Positions 19,388 to 29,452 of a DNA stretch of 50,926 nucleotides are shown piece after piece. Each line of letters starts with the position of its first letter. Position 1 is the first letter of the stretch. The notes under the pieces were generated by a model. It saw only the letters and a program-made list of their open reading frames with translations, ran no database searches and was not told the origin of the DNA. Source of the stretch: a bacterium (GTDB taxonomy: Bacteria; Hinthialibacterota; Hinthialibacteria; Hinthialibacterales; Hinthialibacteraceae); assembly GCA_041946805.1 (NCBI GenBank), contig JBHGBC010000027.1, positions 1 to 50,926 of the forward strand, in the 5' to 3' direction. The position numbers were made by a program, and so were the translations under genes.

Positions 19388-20881
19388 TTACCCCTCCTCC
19401 CGCTTCCATCCCGGATGTCTCCAGAGGCCGGCGGCGATCGTCGAAACAGCGATCACCAACAGGATGGCCGAAAGGGGGCGGGTGACGAAATCGAGCAGGC
19501 TCGCGCCCGGCATCAGCATCGCCCGCCTCAGGTTCTGCTCGGCCATGGGGCCCAGGATGAGGGCCAGCACCACCGGCGAGGCCGGGTAATCCCAGCGTTT
19601 CATGCCATAGCCGATCAGCCCCATGGCCACCGCCACTCCCACGTCGAACAGGCTGTTCTGGATGGCGTAGGCGCCGATCACGCTCAGCACGCAGACCACC
19701 GGCAAGAGCGCCCGTTTGTCGATCAGGATCATACGTGACATGTACCGGGCGGACACCAGGCCGAGAACCAGCATGATGAAGTTGGCCAGGATCATGGTCA
19801 CGAAAATCGGGTACACGACGTCGGCGTGATCGCGGAACAGCAGGGGGCCGGGCTGCAATCCCTGCACCACCAGGGCGTTGAGCATCACCGCGGTCACCGC
19901 GTCGCCGGGAACGCCCAGCGTCAGCATGGGGATCATCGCCCCGCCCGTGCAGCCGCTCTTGCCGGTCTCACACGAAATGAGGCCTTTCGGTTCACCCTCG
20001 CCGAAGCGGTCGCCCGGCCTGGCCATCCGCTTGGCCTCGTTATAACTCACGAAGGCGGCGATGTCGCACCCCGCCCCCGGCAAGCTGCCGATGAACGTGC
20101 CGATCACCCCCGACCATAAAAACGTTATCCGGTAACGGATCAATTCCTTCAGGCGGGGATACGAAAACCGCAGATGAGGGAGGGTGAATCCCTTGATGCC
20201 CAGTTCCGGAATCTCGGAGAAGACCTGCGCGAAGGCGAACAGGCCGATCAGCACCGGAATGAAACCGATCCCGCTGAACAGCTCGGGATAACCGAAACAA
20301 AAGCGCGGAATGCCCGCCACCGGATCCAGGCCCACCGTGGCGAGCAGCAATCCCAGAAGGCCCGAGATGATCCCCTTGAGCACGTCGCGGCCGGAGATGG
20401 TCACGATCATGCTCAGCCCGAAGACTGCCAGGGCAAAGTATTCATGGTAACTGAAACGCAGCGCGAAGCGGGAAAGTTGCGGGCTGAGAAAGGTCATGAT
20501 CAGGGCGCCCAGCATCCCGCCGATGAAACTGGCCAGGGTGACCCAGACGATCGCCCGCCCCGCTTCGCCCCGCTGGGTCATGGGAAAGCCGTCCAGCACC
20601 GTGGGCGCGGAGGCCGGCGTGCCCGGCGTGGCGATGAGGACGGCGGTGATGGAACCCCCGTAGATCGCCCCCACGTAAATGCCGATCAGCATGGCCAGGC
20701 TGAGGTGCGGCCCCAGGTCCAAGCTGATGGCCAGGGGCATCAACAGCGTCACCCCCATGGTCGCGGTGAGGCCGGGCAGCGCCCCGATGACGATCCCCAG
20801 CGCGACTCCCAGGGTGACGATTCCCGCCGCCAGCGGATTGGCGGCAATCCAGATGTAGTGCAGATACGCGTCCATGGGCAT
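19388..20881 (-). CDS. tctA: Tripartite tricarboxylate transporter permease TctA
   Basis: GALPGL, YGGSITAVL..PGTP, DGFPM, PMLTLGVPGDA, LQPGPLLF, LILGPMAE. Confidence 0.95.
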   Translation of the reverse strand: MPMDAYLHYIWIAANPLAAGIVTLGVALGIVIGALPGLTATMGVTLLMPLAISLDLGPHLSLAMLIGIYVGAIYGGSITAVLIATPGTPASAPTVLDGFPMTQRGEAGRAIVWVTLASFIGGMLGALIMTFLSPQLSRFALRFSYHEYFALAVFGLSMIVTISGRDVLKGIISGLLGLLLATVGLDPVAGIPRFCFGYPELFSGIGFIPVLIGLFAFAQVFSEIPELGIKGFTLPHLRFSYPRLKELIRYRITFLWSGVIGTFIGSLPGAGCDIAAFVSYNEAKRMARPGDRFGEGEPKGLISCETGKSGCTGGAMIPMLTLGVPGDAVTAVMLNALVVQGLQPGPLLFRDHADVVYPIFVTMILANFIMLVLGLVSARYMSRMILIDKRALLPVVCVLSVIGAYAIQNSLFDVGVAVAMGLIGYGMKRWDYPASPVVLALILGPMAEQNLRRAMLMPGASLLDFVTRPLSAILLVIAVSTIAAGLWRHPGWKREEG

Positions 20882-20922
20882 TAAACTGGGATCTCATCCC
20901 CGCGCAGCGGGTTCGTCCGCCC

Positions 20923-21450
20923 TCAACTCCAAAACCATCCTTCCGGCAAGGGAACCCGCAGGATTTGTTGAAACGAGACATAAAGCGCCAACGTCACGGC
21001 CAAGGCCCATATCCCGACAACCACGGGCCGCCGTTCCCCCAAGTACAGCATCATGAAAACCAGGTAGGCGACCGTGGAAACAACGTACCCCGCCGCGGCC
21101 ATTACCATGACATAAAGCACCAGCGCCAGGAACACGGTGGTGATCACCGGCCAGATCCGCCGGCTTCGCGTTAGGGACGGCCCCCCGGTCCGCTTCAGCA
21201 GCCGAACCGAACGCGCCAGGAGATAGAGGCCGAGGGGGAAGAGCATACCGGCCAGCAGACGGGGATACACCTCGGGGCTGATCGGCATGTTGTCCCGGGC
21301 GTAATTTCCGCTGACGGCGAAAGCCGCCACGGAGATCAGCGCCACCAAGGCCCCGATGACGGCATCGGCCCCGAGGTCCAGGCGGGACGGTTCGTCCCCG
21401 CGCGGAGCGGGCGTTTCAGCTGGCCCATTGGTTGACTGGGTTTGATTCAT
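20923..21450 (-). CDS. tctB: Tripartite tricarboxylate transporter small subunit TctB
   Basis: About 5 TM segments, P..YP motif, C-terminal LRVPLPEG; lies between tctC and tctA. Confidence 0.9.
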   Translation of the reverse strand: MNQTQSTNGPAETPAPRGDEPSRLDLGADAVIGALVALISVAAFAVSGNYARDNMPISPEVYPRLLAGMLFPLGLYLLARSVRLLKRTGGPSLTRSRRIWPVITTVFLALVLYVMVMAAAGYVVSTVAYLVFMMLYLGERRPVVVGIWALAVTLALYVSFQQILRVPLPEGWFWS

Positions 21451-21465
21451 GAAGGGATTCCCGTT

Positions 21466-22410
21466 TCAGAGTTCCAGATGCTCCAGCAAGGCGGCGATGG
21501 TTTCCGATTCGGATTGCAAAAATCCGGTGAACTCAGCGGAACCGCGGTAGCGCAGCCCCAGCAAGGCGTTTTTCGCGGCCTGCTGAAACGCGGGCGAATC
21601 GTAAGCTTTCTTGAAGCCTTCCTCCAGTTTGGCCACGATCTCGTCCGGCGTCTGCTTGGGAACCGCCAGCCCCCGCCAAGTGCCATGCACCAAATCCACG
21701 CCTTGTTCACGGAAGGTGGGGACGTCGGGCATTTCCGGAAAGCGGGCTTCGGACATGATCCCCAGGCAGCGCAGGGTTCCCGTCTGCGTATATTGCAGCA
21801 CCTCGGCGGGACTGACCGCCACCGCCGCGATATGCCCGCCCAGCAGCTGGGTCACCGCCGGCTTGGCTCCATCGTGGGGAATATGGGTGAACTCCACCCC
21901 CACCAGCTTTTCCAAACGCAACGCGCCCAGGTGCCAGACCGCCCCCGGGCCTGAGTTCCCGATCGTGATTTCCTTGGGATGGGCACGAGCATACTCCAGG
22001 AATTCGCTCAACGTTTTCCACGGCGAATCAGCGCGCACAGTGATGGACGCCGGATCTTCATTGATCTGCATCACCGGCTTGAAATCGGTGTAACCGATCT
22101 CCGACCGCTTGAGCGGCTTGTAGGAGCACAACTCGAACGTGATCATGGTCACCGTGTAGCCGTCGGGACGGGCGGTCATGCCGCTGGAATGGCCGATCGC
22201 CCCCGAGCCTCCCGCCCGGTTGACCACGGTGAACGGCACGGGAAACACCTTGGCGGCTTCGTTGGCGAAAGCCCGCGCCAATGAATCGGTCCCGCCCCCC
22301 GCTTCCCAAGGAACAATAATGGTCATCGGTTTGGAAGGGAATTCCTTGCCTGATTGCGAGCACCCCCCCAGAATTCCGGCGCACAAAAGGAAAAAATACC
22401 AACGTTTCAT
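21466..22410 (-). CDS. tctC: Tripartite tricarboxylate transporter substrate-binding lipoprotein TctC
   Basis: Lipobox LGGC; FPSKP..IIVPW.AGGGTD, VVNRAGGSG, PDGYT, PDVPTF.EQG. Confidence 0.95.
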   Translation of the reverse strand: MKRWYFFLLCAGILGGCSQSGKEFPSKPMTIIVPWEAGGGTDSLARAFANEAAKVFPVPFTVVNRAGGSGAIGHSSGMTARPDGYTVTMITFELCSYKPLKRSEIGYTDFKPVMQINEDPASITVRADSPWKTLSEFLEYARAHPKEITIGNSGPGAVWHLGALRLEKLVGVEFTHIPHDGAKPAVTQLLGGHIAAVAVSPAEVLQYTQTGTLRCLGIMSEARFPEMPDVPTFREQGVDLVHGTWRGLAVPKQTPDEIVAKLEEGFKKAYDSPAFQQAAKNALLGLRYRGSAEFTGFLQSESETIAALLEHLEL

Positions 22411-22705
22411 GACGTCACCTGATGGATTGGTTTGCACCACGCGGCCGCTTCTGTTTTCGATCAGTTTGCCATAAATCCGGCGGGAGGGAAAGGAAGAGAA
22501 ATCGGGGGGAAGAGGATGGTCACTCGGGAGAGCGAACCTCCCGGTGAGCCGCGGATTGATGGTGACGCAAACAATTTCGGTTGGATCTCAAAAGCCGTTC
22601 CATCTAAAAGCAGGGACGCGTCGCACGTGCCCCGAGACAGTCCGTTGAATCCTATCCGATCAGGCCAAGGGGTAAACCAGCCGTCAAACCGTATTTCAAG
22701 GCTTT

Positions 22706-22738
22706 CCCTCACCCTGGCCTTCTCTCAGAGGGAGAGGG
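22706..22738 (+). repeat. BoxC/triplex-type repeat copy
   Basis: CCCTCACCCTGGCCTTCTCTCAGAGGGAGAGGG. Confidence 0.85.
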
Positions 22739-22771
22739 AATCATAAAAGCAATGGGGATGGTTTTGATGAG

Positions 22772-23074
22772 CTACGCGGCATAAATCAACCTCCGCGTTT
22801 GCGCGATTTCCTGCCGGAGGAAGGGATTTTTGACTCCCGTGGCGGAAACCAGGTCGACTTTCCGGCCGAAAACGGCTTCCAATACCTCGATCATGCCGAA
22901 CCATTCATCCAGGCCGATGCCTTCCAAACTGGTGAATTTTATCAGTACATCCACATCGCTGTCCGGGCGGAAATCTTCCCGCAAGACCGAGCCGAACAAA
23001 TACAGTTCCTTCACCTTCCATTTCTCACCGAAGGCTTGGATCTTGTTTCTATCGACCGGAATTTTCGGATCCAT
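22772..23074 (-). CDS. Minimal nucleotidyltransferase (MNT), orphan
   Basis: LFGSVLREDFRPDSDVDVLI, FGRKVDLV, KNPF, ends LIYAA. Confidence 0.9.
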   Translation of the reverse strand: MDPKIPVDRNKIQAFGEKWKVKELYLFGSVLREDFRPDSDVDVLIKFTSLEGIGLDEWFGMIEVLEAVFGRKVDLVSATGVKNPFLRQEIAQTRRLIYAA

Positions 23075-23301
23075 GAGAAACCGCCCTCTGTGTAGATTCC
23101 ATTCTCACATCCCACTATACCACTCCCCCTAACGGCCGCCAACACGGGGCGACTTGGGCGGGCCGGGAAGGGGCCTAGACACGCGCGGCCCCTTCAGGCT
23201 AAATGATTCCACGAAACCACCGGGGCGGAATGCCCGTTTCACGAGCGGCCCCGGCCGCACGACTTCAGAGCGCAAGACGCTACAAACCATGGAGGAAAGT
23301 C

Positions 23302-24027
23302 ATGAGACGCGTATGGATCATCCCGCTGTTTTTGTCACTCCTGCTTCTGGCCGCCGGTTCCACGGCCTATCCCCAGTCGGCGCCGATCCCGGCGACCAAT
23401 TTCCCCGAACCGCCGCTCAACACCCTGACCGACCAGGAAAAAGCCGGCGGGTGGCAGCTGCTGTTCAACGGCAAGAACCTGGACGGGTGGGAATTCGATG
23501 AAGAAAAATACAAGGGGGAATGGAAAATCGAGGACGGCGTCCTGATCGCCCAAAAAGGCCCCAGCCACCTCTTCACGGCCAAGAAATACAAGAATTTCGA
23601 GGCCTCCTGGAACGTGTGCACTTATGACATCCGCGTTCCCAAGTTCCGCTACGGCAACTCGGGGATCTTCGTGCGCGGGGTCAAATCCGGGGCCGCGTTT
23701 CCCAAGGGATATGAAGTGCAGGTGGATCCCTACGACGTGAAAAATCCCACCGGCGGCGTCTATGGCATGGCCACCGGCAGCCTGCTGGTCGATGAAAACG
23801 GCAATTGGAAACCGGAAGCGTTCTTCGATATCCACGACGGCAAATGGATGAGCCAGCGCGTGAAGATCGTGGACAACCACATCATGGTGTGGGTCAATGG
23901 AAAGCTCACCCTGGATTGGAAAGACGAAAAGAACAGCTTCCCCGAAGCGGGCTATATCGCCCTGCAGTGCCATCACCCCACCGACGTGGTGCTGTTCACC
24001 AACATCAAGATCAAGGTGTTGGATTGA
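23302..24027 (+). CDS. Secreted DUF1080 (3-keto-disaccharide hydrolase-like) domain protein
   Basis: Signal peptide; NTLT..EKAGGWQLLFNGKNLDGW, NSGIF, YEVQ, GYIALQ.H, F.NIKIK. Confidence 0.9.
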   Translation: MRRVWIIPLFLSLLLLAAGSTAYPQSAPIPATNFPEPPLNTLTDQEKAGGWQLLFNGKNLDGWEFDEEKYKGEWKIEDGVLIAQKGPSHLFTAKKYKNFEASWNVCTYDIRVPKFRYGNSGIFVRGVKSGAAFPKGYEVQVDPYDVKNPTGGVYGMATGSLLVDENGNWKPEAFFDIHDGKWMSQRVKIVDNHIMVWVNGKLTLDWKDEKNSFPEAGYIALQCHHPTDVVLFTNIKIKVLD

Positions 24028-24055
24028 TCGGAGGGTATTCAATCCTGAGTTCGTC

Positions 24056-24093
24056 CCGGGCGTGGCGGCTTCCGTCACGCCCGGCTTGTTTGT
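24056..24093 (+). terminator. Intrinsic terminator-like hairpin between convergent genes
   Basis: CCGGGCGTGGCGG / CCGTCACGCCCGG followed by CTTGTTTGT. Confidence 0.6.
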
Positions 24094-24100
24094 GGAGATC

Positions 24101-26038
24101 TTATTTCACCTCATACACCACGATCCGCCCGGGATTCTGGGGGTAAGCGTCGAAGACCGGTTTGAGGTTCTTGACTTTGGCGGCCTCGATCCACGCCTGC
24201 AGAGCGTCACCCAGTTTCCACCCCAGCGGCCCGTAGCCTTTCCGCAGGCGGTCCAACTCATACCCGTTGTAGAGGATGTGGCTCACGGAGCGGTCCAGCC
24301 CTTGCTCCAGGGGATGATGATTGAACACCGTGGGCGCGATGGCTTCGAATTGGGCCCCGTACGACTGTGCCTCCCCGATGAACAATACCTGGCGGACCCC
24401 CAGCGCGTCCCGGTTGCAGTTGATCCAGTCGATGGCGCGGAAATGGGGCAGCCGCTCCGCCAGATAATCCTCTTCCAGGCCGGGAGTCATGAGATACCCG
24501 GCCGTGTCCCGGTTCACCAGCACGTTGGCCACGGCCCACAACTGGAACGCCACCACGCCGCACACCAGACGCCGGAGCACCGGGGTGAACGCTTCCATTC
24601 GCAGTGCGGAACCGGCGGGATACACGGAATACGCCGCGGCGAGGGCCATCAGCGGCAGGAGCGAGGCCAGGAAGCGGTCGTTGCGCTGTGTGGCGAAAAA
24701 CCAGGCAAGGTACGCCGCCGCCAGAAACACCATGGCCCGGAATGCGGGATGGTTCCGGGGTGTTTGCAGCAGCGCGGGAATCCCCAGCAGCCACAACGCC
24801 GAGAATCCCATGGGCAGAGATTCAACGAACGATTTCCGGACCGGCAGCGCGAGGAATTGCCCCGCCGTGGCCAGCCAATCCGCGGAGGGAGCGGCGTGGG
24901 CGCGGCGGAAGAGTTCGTCGAAGAAGGCTGGAGTTCCCCCCAGCCAATCCGCCAGCAAGGGATAAAACGGATTGTGATACAACACCGCGTTGCGGACCGC
25001 CCAGGGCAGAAACAAGGCCAATCCTCCAGTCCACACGGTCAGCAGGGAAACCAGCAGCTGTTTTTTTCGAATCGCCCCGGCATCGGCCAGCAGCAACGCC
25101 AGAAACGGGAATCCGATGGACAAGGCGGCGATGTATTTCGATCCGAAGGCGTAGCCCAACGCCAGGGCCATCATCACCGCGTCGATGTACCGGCGGTCTT
25201 CGCGGAACCGTTCGTAAGCCACAAGCAACACCATGGCGGAGGCGGACGAGGCCAGGTCGATGCTCCCCTGCGCGATCAGCCGGACCACCAATCCCGTCGC
25301 GAGAAAAACCACGGGAACCAGGAGCGATTCGCGCGGCAGGCCCCAGATCCGGGACAGCCGCCAGGCCCCCAGCGCCGTGATCAACGCGAACAACAGGTTC
25401 ATCACAGTGCATCCGGCCGTGCTGCCGGCGGAGAGCGGCCACAGATAAAGCAATTCCACGTTCATGGGGAAGGCGGCGTATACGTTATAGGGAAACGCCT
25501 GCCACCCGCCGGTTTTCAAATATTGTTCGGGGACGGGAAGATGATATTCGTGCGCGTCGTAATCCAGCGGGGGCATCACGGCCGCCGCGCCCGCAAGGAG
25601 CAAGGCCACGGTAAAGAATATTTTTTCGGAGGAAGGAACCGAAGCCGAGCCGCGCCGTTTCATGGCCTGCGCGGTTTGTTGCAGAAGATCCCGCCACCAT
25701 CCCCAATGCCAGACCAGCAATCCCCCCGCGGTGATTTGCAGGACGGCGGGATAGGCAATATGCAACGTCAGAAAACCAAACGCGCACGCGGATCCCAGCG
25801 TCACCGAGCCGAAGGCGGCGTAGAGGGTCCGGTCATCGGCCTCCAACCTGTTTTCTTTCGCAAGACGCATGATCAGCCGGTCCGCCCAGGGCCAAAAAGC
25901 GAGAAACGGAAGAATCCCCGCGGCCACGGTCCGCAAATGCAGCGCAACGGCCAACAGCAGCCAGCCATGCAGCCCCAGAAGCAATACCAGAACGAGAACG
26001 GCCACGATCAGAGGGAGAAGAGAAAGGAAGCGGTTCAT
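24101..26038 (-). CDS. Polytopic membrane protein, GT-C-like putative glycosyltransferase
   Basis: PPLDYDAHEYHL.VP, AFPMNVELLY, GSKY, RNAVLYHNPFYP, QRNDRFL; many TM segments. Confidence 0.65.
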   Translation of the reverse strand: MNRFLSLLPLIVAVLVLVLLLGLHGWLLLAVALHLRTVAAGILPFLAFWPWADRLIMRLAKENRLEADDRTLYAAFGSVTLGSACAFGFLTLHIAYPAVLQITAGGLLVWHWGWWRDLLQQTAQAMKRRGSASVPSSEKIFFTVALLLAGAAAVMPPLDYDAHEYHLPVPEQYLKTGGWQAFPYNVYAAFPMNVELLYLWPLSAGSTAGCTVMNLLFALITALGAWRLSRIWGLPRESLLVPVVFLATGLVVRLIAQGSIDLASSASAMVLLVAYERFREDRRYIDAVMMALALGYAFGSKYIAALSIGFPFLALLLADAGAIRKKQLLVSLLTVWTGGLALFLPWAVRNAVLYHNPFYPLLADWLGGTPAFFDELFRRAHAAPSADWLATAGQFLALPVRKSFVESLPMGFSALWLLGIPALLQTPRNHPAFRAMVFLAAAYLAWFFATQRNDRFLASLLPLMALAAAYSVYPAGSALRMEAFTPVLRRLVCGVVAFQLWAVANVLVNRDTAGYLMTPGLEEDYLAERLPHFRAIDWINCNRDALGVRQVLFIGEAQSYGAQFEAIAPTVFNHHPLEQGLDRSVSHILYNGYELDRLRKGYGPLGWKLGDALQAWIEAAKVKNLKPVFDAYPQNPGRIVVYEVK

Positions 26039-26076
26039 GCGGCGCGCCTGCAATAAGGATGAAAGTGGGAGATCCG

Positions 26077-26523
26077 CTACCGGTTGATATCAAACCCTCG
26101 TAACGAATCCAAAAATCCCTGCAAAATCCAGGCGGCGGCGGTGCGGTCGATCACCTGCTTGCGCTTCTGGCGGGAGACGTTGTCTTCCAGCAAGGCCCGT
26201 TCGGCCGCGTGCGTGGAGAAGCGTTCGTCCCACATGCGCACGGGCAGCGACAACCGTTCACGGACCATCGCCGCCAGGCTTTTGGCCTCGTTCGCCTGGG
26301 GGCCCAGGGAGCCGTCCAGCCGTTTGGGCAGGCCGATCAACACCAGCACGACCTGCTCGCGCGCCACGATGCCCCGCAGCGATTCCACCAAGTCATCCAG
26401 CCCGCGCGGCTCGAGCGTGGCGTAGGGTTGCGCCGTGATCCGCAAATCGTCGGACAAAGCCAGCCCTACGCGTTTCTGCCCCAAGTCGAGCGCCAAGACG
26501 CGGCCGGTCTCCGGTATGTTCAC
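26077..26523 (-). CDS. ruvX: YqgF/RuvX family nuclease (pre-16S rRNA processing / putative resolvase)
   Basis: RVLALDLGQKRVGLALSD, IGLP, WDERFST, IDRTAAAWILQGFLD; GTG start overlaps the upstream stop (GTGA). Confidence 0.95.
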   Translation of the reverse strand: MNIPETGRVLALDLGQKRVGLALSDDLRITAQPYATLEPRGLDDLVESLRGIVAREQVVLVLIGLPKRLDGSLGPQANEAKSLAAMVRERLSLPVRMWDERFSTHAAERALLEDNVSRQKRKQVIDRTAAAWILQGFLDSLRGFDINR

Positions 26524-27560
26524 AATGGCCTTTCCTGGATCGGCGATCCATCGAGAAAAAGAGAATACCACCCCCCAGGCGGAACCGTAAATGTATGCCG
26601 GGCCGCCTGTTCGCAACGGTGGATCTGAACCTCGGCGCTCAACCGGGTGCGCCACGATTCGAGATTGACGCGCCGCGGCCCCAGGACAATTGAAATATCC
26701 CTTGGATTCACCGCAATGGCCCGCGCGCCGGTTTGCCATAATACCGTTTCAATCGCCCGGCGGGCCAGGCGGGATTCCACCTCATGCCGCAGGGCAGGAT
26801 GCCAGGGACCGGCCACGACCTTGTCCGATCCATCCCCCCGGCCGTCCGACAACGCCAGACCTACCCGGGCAATCGTGATTCCCCGCCGGTGGAAGACCTG
26901 ATACCCGTACCCGCATTGCTCGATGGCTTCATCCAAGGACAAGGGTGGATAGGCTCCGCGCCGGTACCACCGCTCCAGCGGGGTATCCTTCAAGACCAGC
27001 GTGGGCGCGATCCGGACCAGGTCCGGGCGCAGATCCACGGCCCGGTCCACGGTTTCCCGCCAGGACTGTTCCGTCTGCCCCGGCAAACCGCACATGAGAT
27101 GAATCCCCAGTGTGAAACCCCAGCGCCGGACGCGCGCGCAGGCCTCGGCCGCGTCCCGGGCGGTATGGCAACGGCCGCCGCGCCGGAGCACGTCGTCATC
27201 CAGGGATTCCACCCCCAGTTCGATGGTCCGGACGCCGTTCTCACGCAAGAAATCCAGGATGGCATCCGGCACGCGGTCCGGCCGGGTGGAAATCCGCACG
27301 CCCCGGACCGCGGCGAGCCGGGTGAAAGGCCGGATCTTCGCGAAACAGCGTTCCATTTCGGACCGGCTCAGGGCGCTGAAGGTCCCGCCGTACAAGGCGA
27401 TTTCCCATTCACCAGCGCGGGGACGTGACAAGGCCGATGCGAGCCGTTGTTTCCAATAGGGCTCATCGTCCGGCGCGCCCACCGTCAGCGGCTGGTTGCA
27501 ATAGACACATTGGTGAGTGCAACCCCGGTGCGGCAGATAGAGGGGCAGAACCTGGATCAT
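26520..27560 (-). CDS. Elp3/YhcC-like radical SAM protein
   Basis: LPHRGCTHQCVYCNQ, YGGTFS, RISTRPD, IELGVES, HLMCGLPG, VAGPWHPA. Confidence 0.88.
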   Translation of the reverse strand: MIQVLPLYLPHRGCTHQCVYCNQPLTVGAPDDEPYWKQRLASALSRPRAGEWEIALYGGTFSALSRSEMERCFAKIRPFTRLAAVRGVRISTRPDRVPDAILDFLRENGVRTIELGVESLDDDVLRRGGRCHTARDAAEACARVRRWGFTLGIHLMCGLPGQTEQSWRETVDRAVDLRPDLVRIAPTLVLKDTPLERWYRRGAYPPLSLDEAIEQCGYGYQVFHRRGITIARVGLALSDGRGDGSDKVVAGPWHPALRHEVESRLARRAIETVLWQTGARAIAVNPRDISIVLGPRRVNLESWRTRLSAEVQIHRCEQAARHTFTVPPGGWYSLFLDGSPIQERPL

Positions 27561-28303
27561 GATTCAATGGAAAGGGCTTCATTCACGAGAGTTAGCAGGG
27601 CGGAGCAGGCAGCCGCCTTTTCCGCCCGTTTCTTGCTTTTTCCCTCTCCCTGGCCGATCTTCCGGTTGCGCACGAAGACCTCGACCACGAAATCCTTGTC
27701 GTGATCCGGCCCCATGGCCGATAGCAGGCGGTAAATCGGCAATACGCCGTAATCCCTTTGCACCAGTTCTTGCAGTTGGGATTTGTAATCGATAATGCTT
27801 TCGCCCCGGACCGATTTGTCGATCTCCTCCCCCAATTGATCCAGCACGAATTTTTTGGAGCTCTCGATCCCGCAGGCCAGGTGAATCGCCCCCACCACGC
27901 TTTCGAACAAGTTGCCCAGGATCGAGAAGCGGTGGCGACCCCCGGTCTGTTCTTCCCCTTTGCCCAAAAGCAGGTATTTCGCCAGGCCCAGCACCTGAGT
28001 GCGCTGCGCCAGGATGCGTTTACTCACCACGACCGATTTGATCTTGGACAGTTGCCCTTCCCGCAGATGGGGATATCGGTTGTACAAGTCTTCGGTGATG
28101 GTATAGCCGACGACCGCATCGCCTAGAAACTCCAGCCGTTCATTGCCGAAATTCACGCAATTGTCTTGTTCGTTGGCGTAGGAACTGTGACACAGGGCCA
28201 GATGCAACAGTTCGGGGTCCATGCCGGGAAAACCCAACTGTGCCGCCAGCTCCTCCATTTCCCGGGTCCGGTTTTCATCGAGCGTCTTTTTTTCGACCGC
28301 CAT
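27557..28303 (-). CDS. rnc: Ribonuclease III
   Basis: NERLEFLGDAV signature, EGQLSK, dsRBD DYKSQLQE...GPDH.K.F...G.GKSKKRAE. Confidence 0.98.
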   Translation of the reverse strand: MAVEKKTLDENRTREMEELAAQLGFPGMDPELLHLALCHSSYANEQDNCVNFGNERLEFLGDAVVGYTITEDLYNRYPHLREGQLSKIKSVVVSKRILAQRTQVLGLAKYLLLGKGEEQTGGRHRFSILGNLFESVVGAIHLACGIESSKKFVLDQLGEEIDKSVRGESIIDYKSQLQELVQRDYGVLPIYRLLSAMGPDHDKDFVVEVFVRNRKIGQGEGKSKKRAEKAAACSALLTLVNEALSIES

Positions 28304-28570
28304 GTTTCATCATCCAATAGTATTCCGCCGGTTCCATCCCGGGTGACGGGGAGGAACGTCAGGAGAGTGAGCCGATCTGAGATCCATGGAGGGAGAAATG
28401 GGGGAGAGACTTCCTGCCGCGGCCGAAAATCCCGGGATCAGACATTCGCCGGTTTTTCCTGAGCGCGGCCGGACGCCGCTCCTTCATTTCCCGAATGCGG
28501 GTATGTCGCGCATCGATCCACAGAGATCGAAAAGAGATTATAGTCGGTTCAGGAATAAATTTGAGTGGAT

Positions 28571-29302
28571 TCACACCAAAATGGTGCGCAAAAGGCATGT
28601 GACAGCGTCTTCGTATACGGAAAACACGGGAACGACCTCGGGAATTTTCGTATTGGCGATCACCTGATGCACCCGGCCTTCCGGTTTTTCCAGAATATCC
28701 AAGACCAAGCCCCGTTCGCGTTCTTCCTTCAAAATGGTGTACAACATGCCGACACAGGATCCGGCGATCAGCAGCAATTTCGTTAAATCGAGCAGAACCA
28801 GACGGCGGTCCAGGGGATGTTTACGCAGCGTGGATTGCAGCCGCAGCACGGATTTGACCCCCAAACGGCCGGATAATTTGTATATATCCACTTTTCCGGC
28901 CCGCACCCATTCGATGGTCAGCCGGTCTTCACGGATCAGTCCGCAACGGACCCGGTCCACGATTTCCTGTTGCTCGTTGGTCCGGATGCGGATGTGATAG
29001 GTTCCCCGCTTCTCCATGCGGTTGACCTGGGCTTCCATCACCTGGTTTGAATTCCGGATTTCATGGGGCGAGAAGGCGCCGCCGGTCCAATCGGGAGGGA
29101 CCGGCAACAGGAAAAGCGTATCGCCCTGCTTCACTTCCCAGGTCGTGCGTAACTTGGCCTGCCAGTCCTTGCGTTCCGATAACGAGGCATAAAACACTTG
29201 ACCGGAATCTTGTTCCAGACAAACCACCAGTTGTCGTATATTTCGCTCTCTCATTCCGGCATCCGTCTTTTCCATAACCTCGTGATGAACCGTTTCATCC
29301 AT
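28571..29302 (-). CDS. Hypothetical protein with C-terminal STAS (anti-sigma antagonist-like) domain
   Basis: IYKLSGRL...VLLDLTKL.LI.GSCVGML...VHQVI.NTKI.EVVPVF..YEDAV pattern. Confidence 0.6.
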   Translation of the reverse strand: MDETVHHEVMEKTDAGMRERNIRQLVVCLEQDSGQVFYASLSERKDWQAKLRTTWEVKQGDTLFLLPVPPDWTGGAFSPHEIRNSNQVMEAQVNRMEKRGTYHIRIRTNEQQEIVDRVRCGLIREDRLTIEWVRAGKVDIYKLSGRLGVKSVLRLQSTLRKHPLDRRLVLLDLTKLLLIAGSCVGMLYTILKEERERGLVLDILEKPEGRVHQVIANTKIPEVVPVFSVYEDAVTCLLRTILV

Positions 29303-29452
29303 ATTATATAATTAAGGATAGAAGCCTTTTCGATATTTATTCATAAATATCGCCTTCTGAAGGATCTTCGATAAAAGAAAAGTTAAGCGGAAGATTTTAG
29401 GCGAGACCGGGATTCCTCACCGGTTCCCGGCAGCAAATCCATTATACCGAAA

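Noticed and set aside
22440..22700. Possible riboswitch upstream of tctC (hairpin near 22520-22548)
   Set aside because: No known aptamer consensus recognised and no U-tract; an Rfam search would be needed
23897..26056. 719-aa plus-strand ORF
   Set aside because: Antisense to the polytopic membrane gene; Arg/Gly/Gln-rich composition typical of shadow frames
28304..28570. Possible ncRNA (6S, or rnc autoregulatory hairpin) upstream of rnc
   Set aside because: No convincing long stem or conserved motif found by eye
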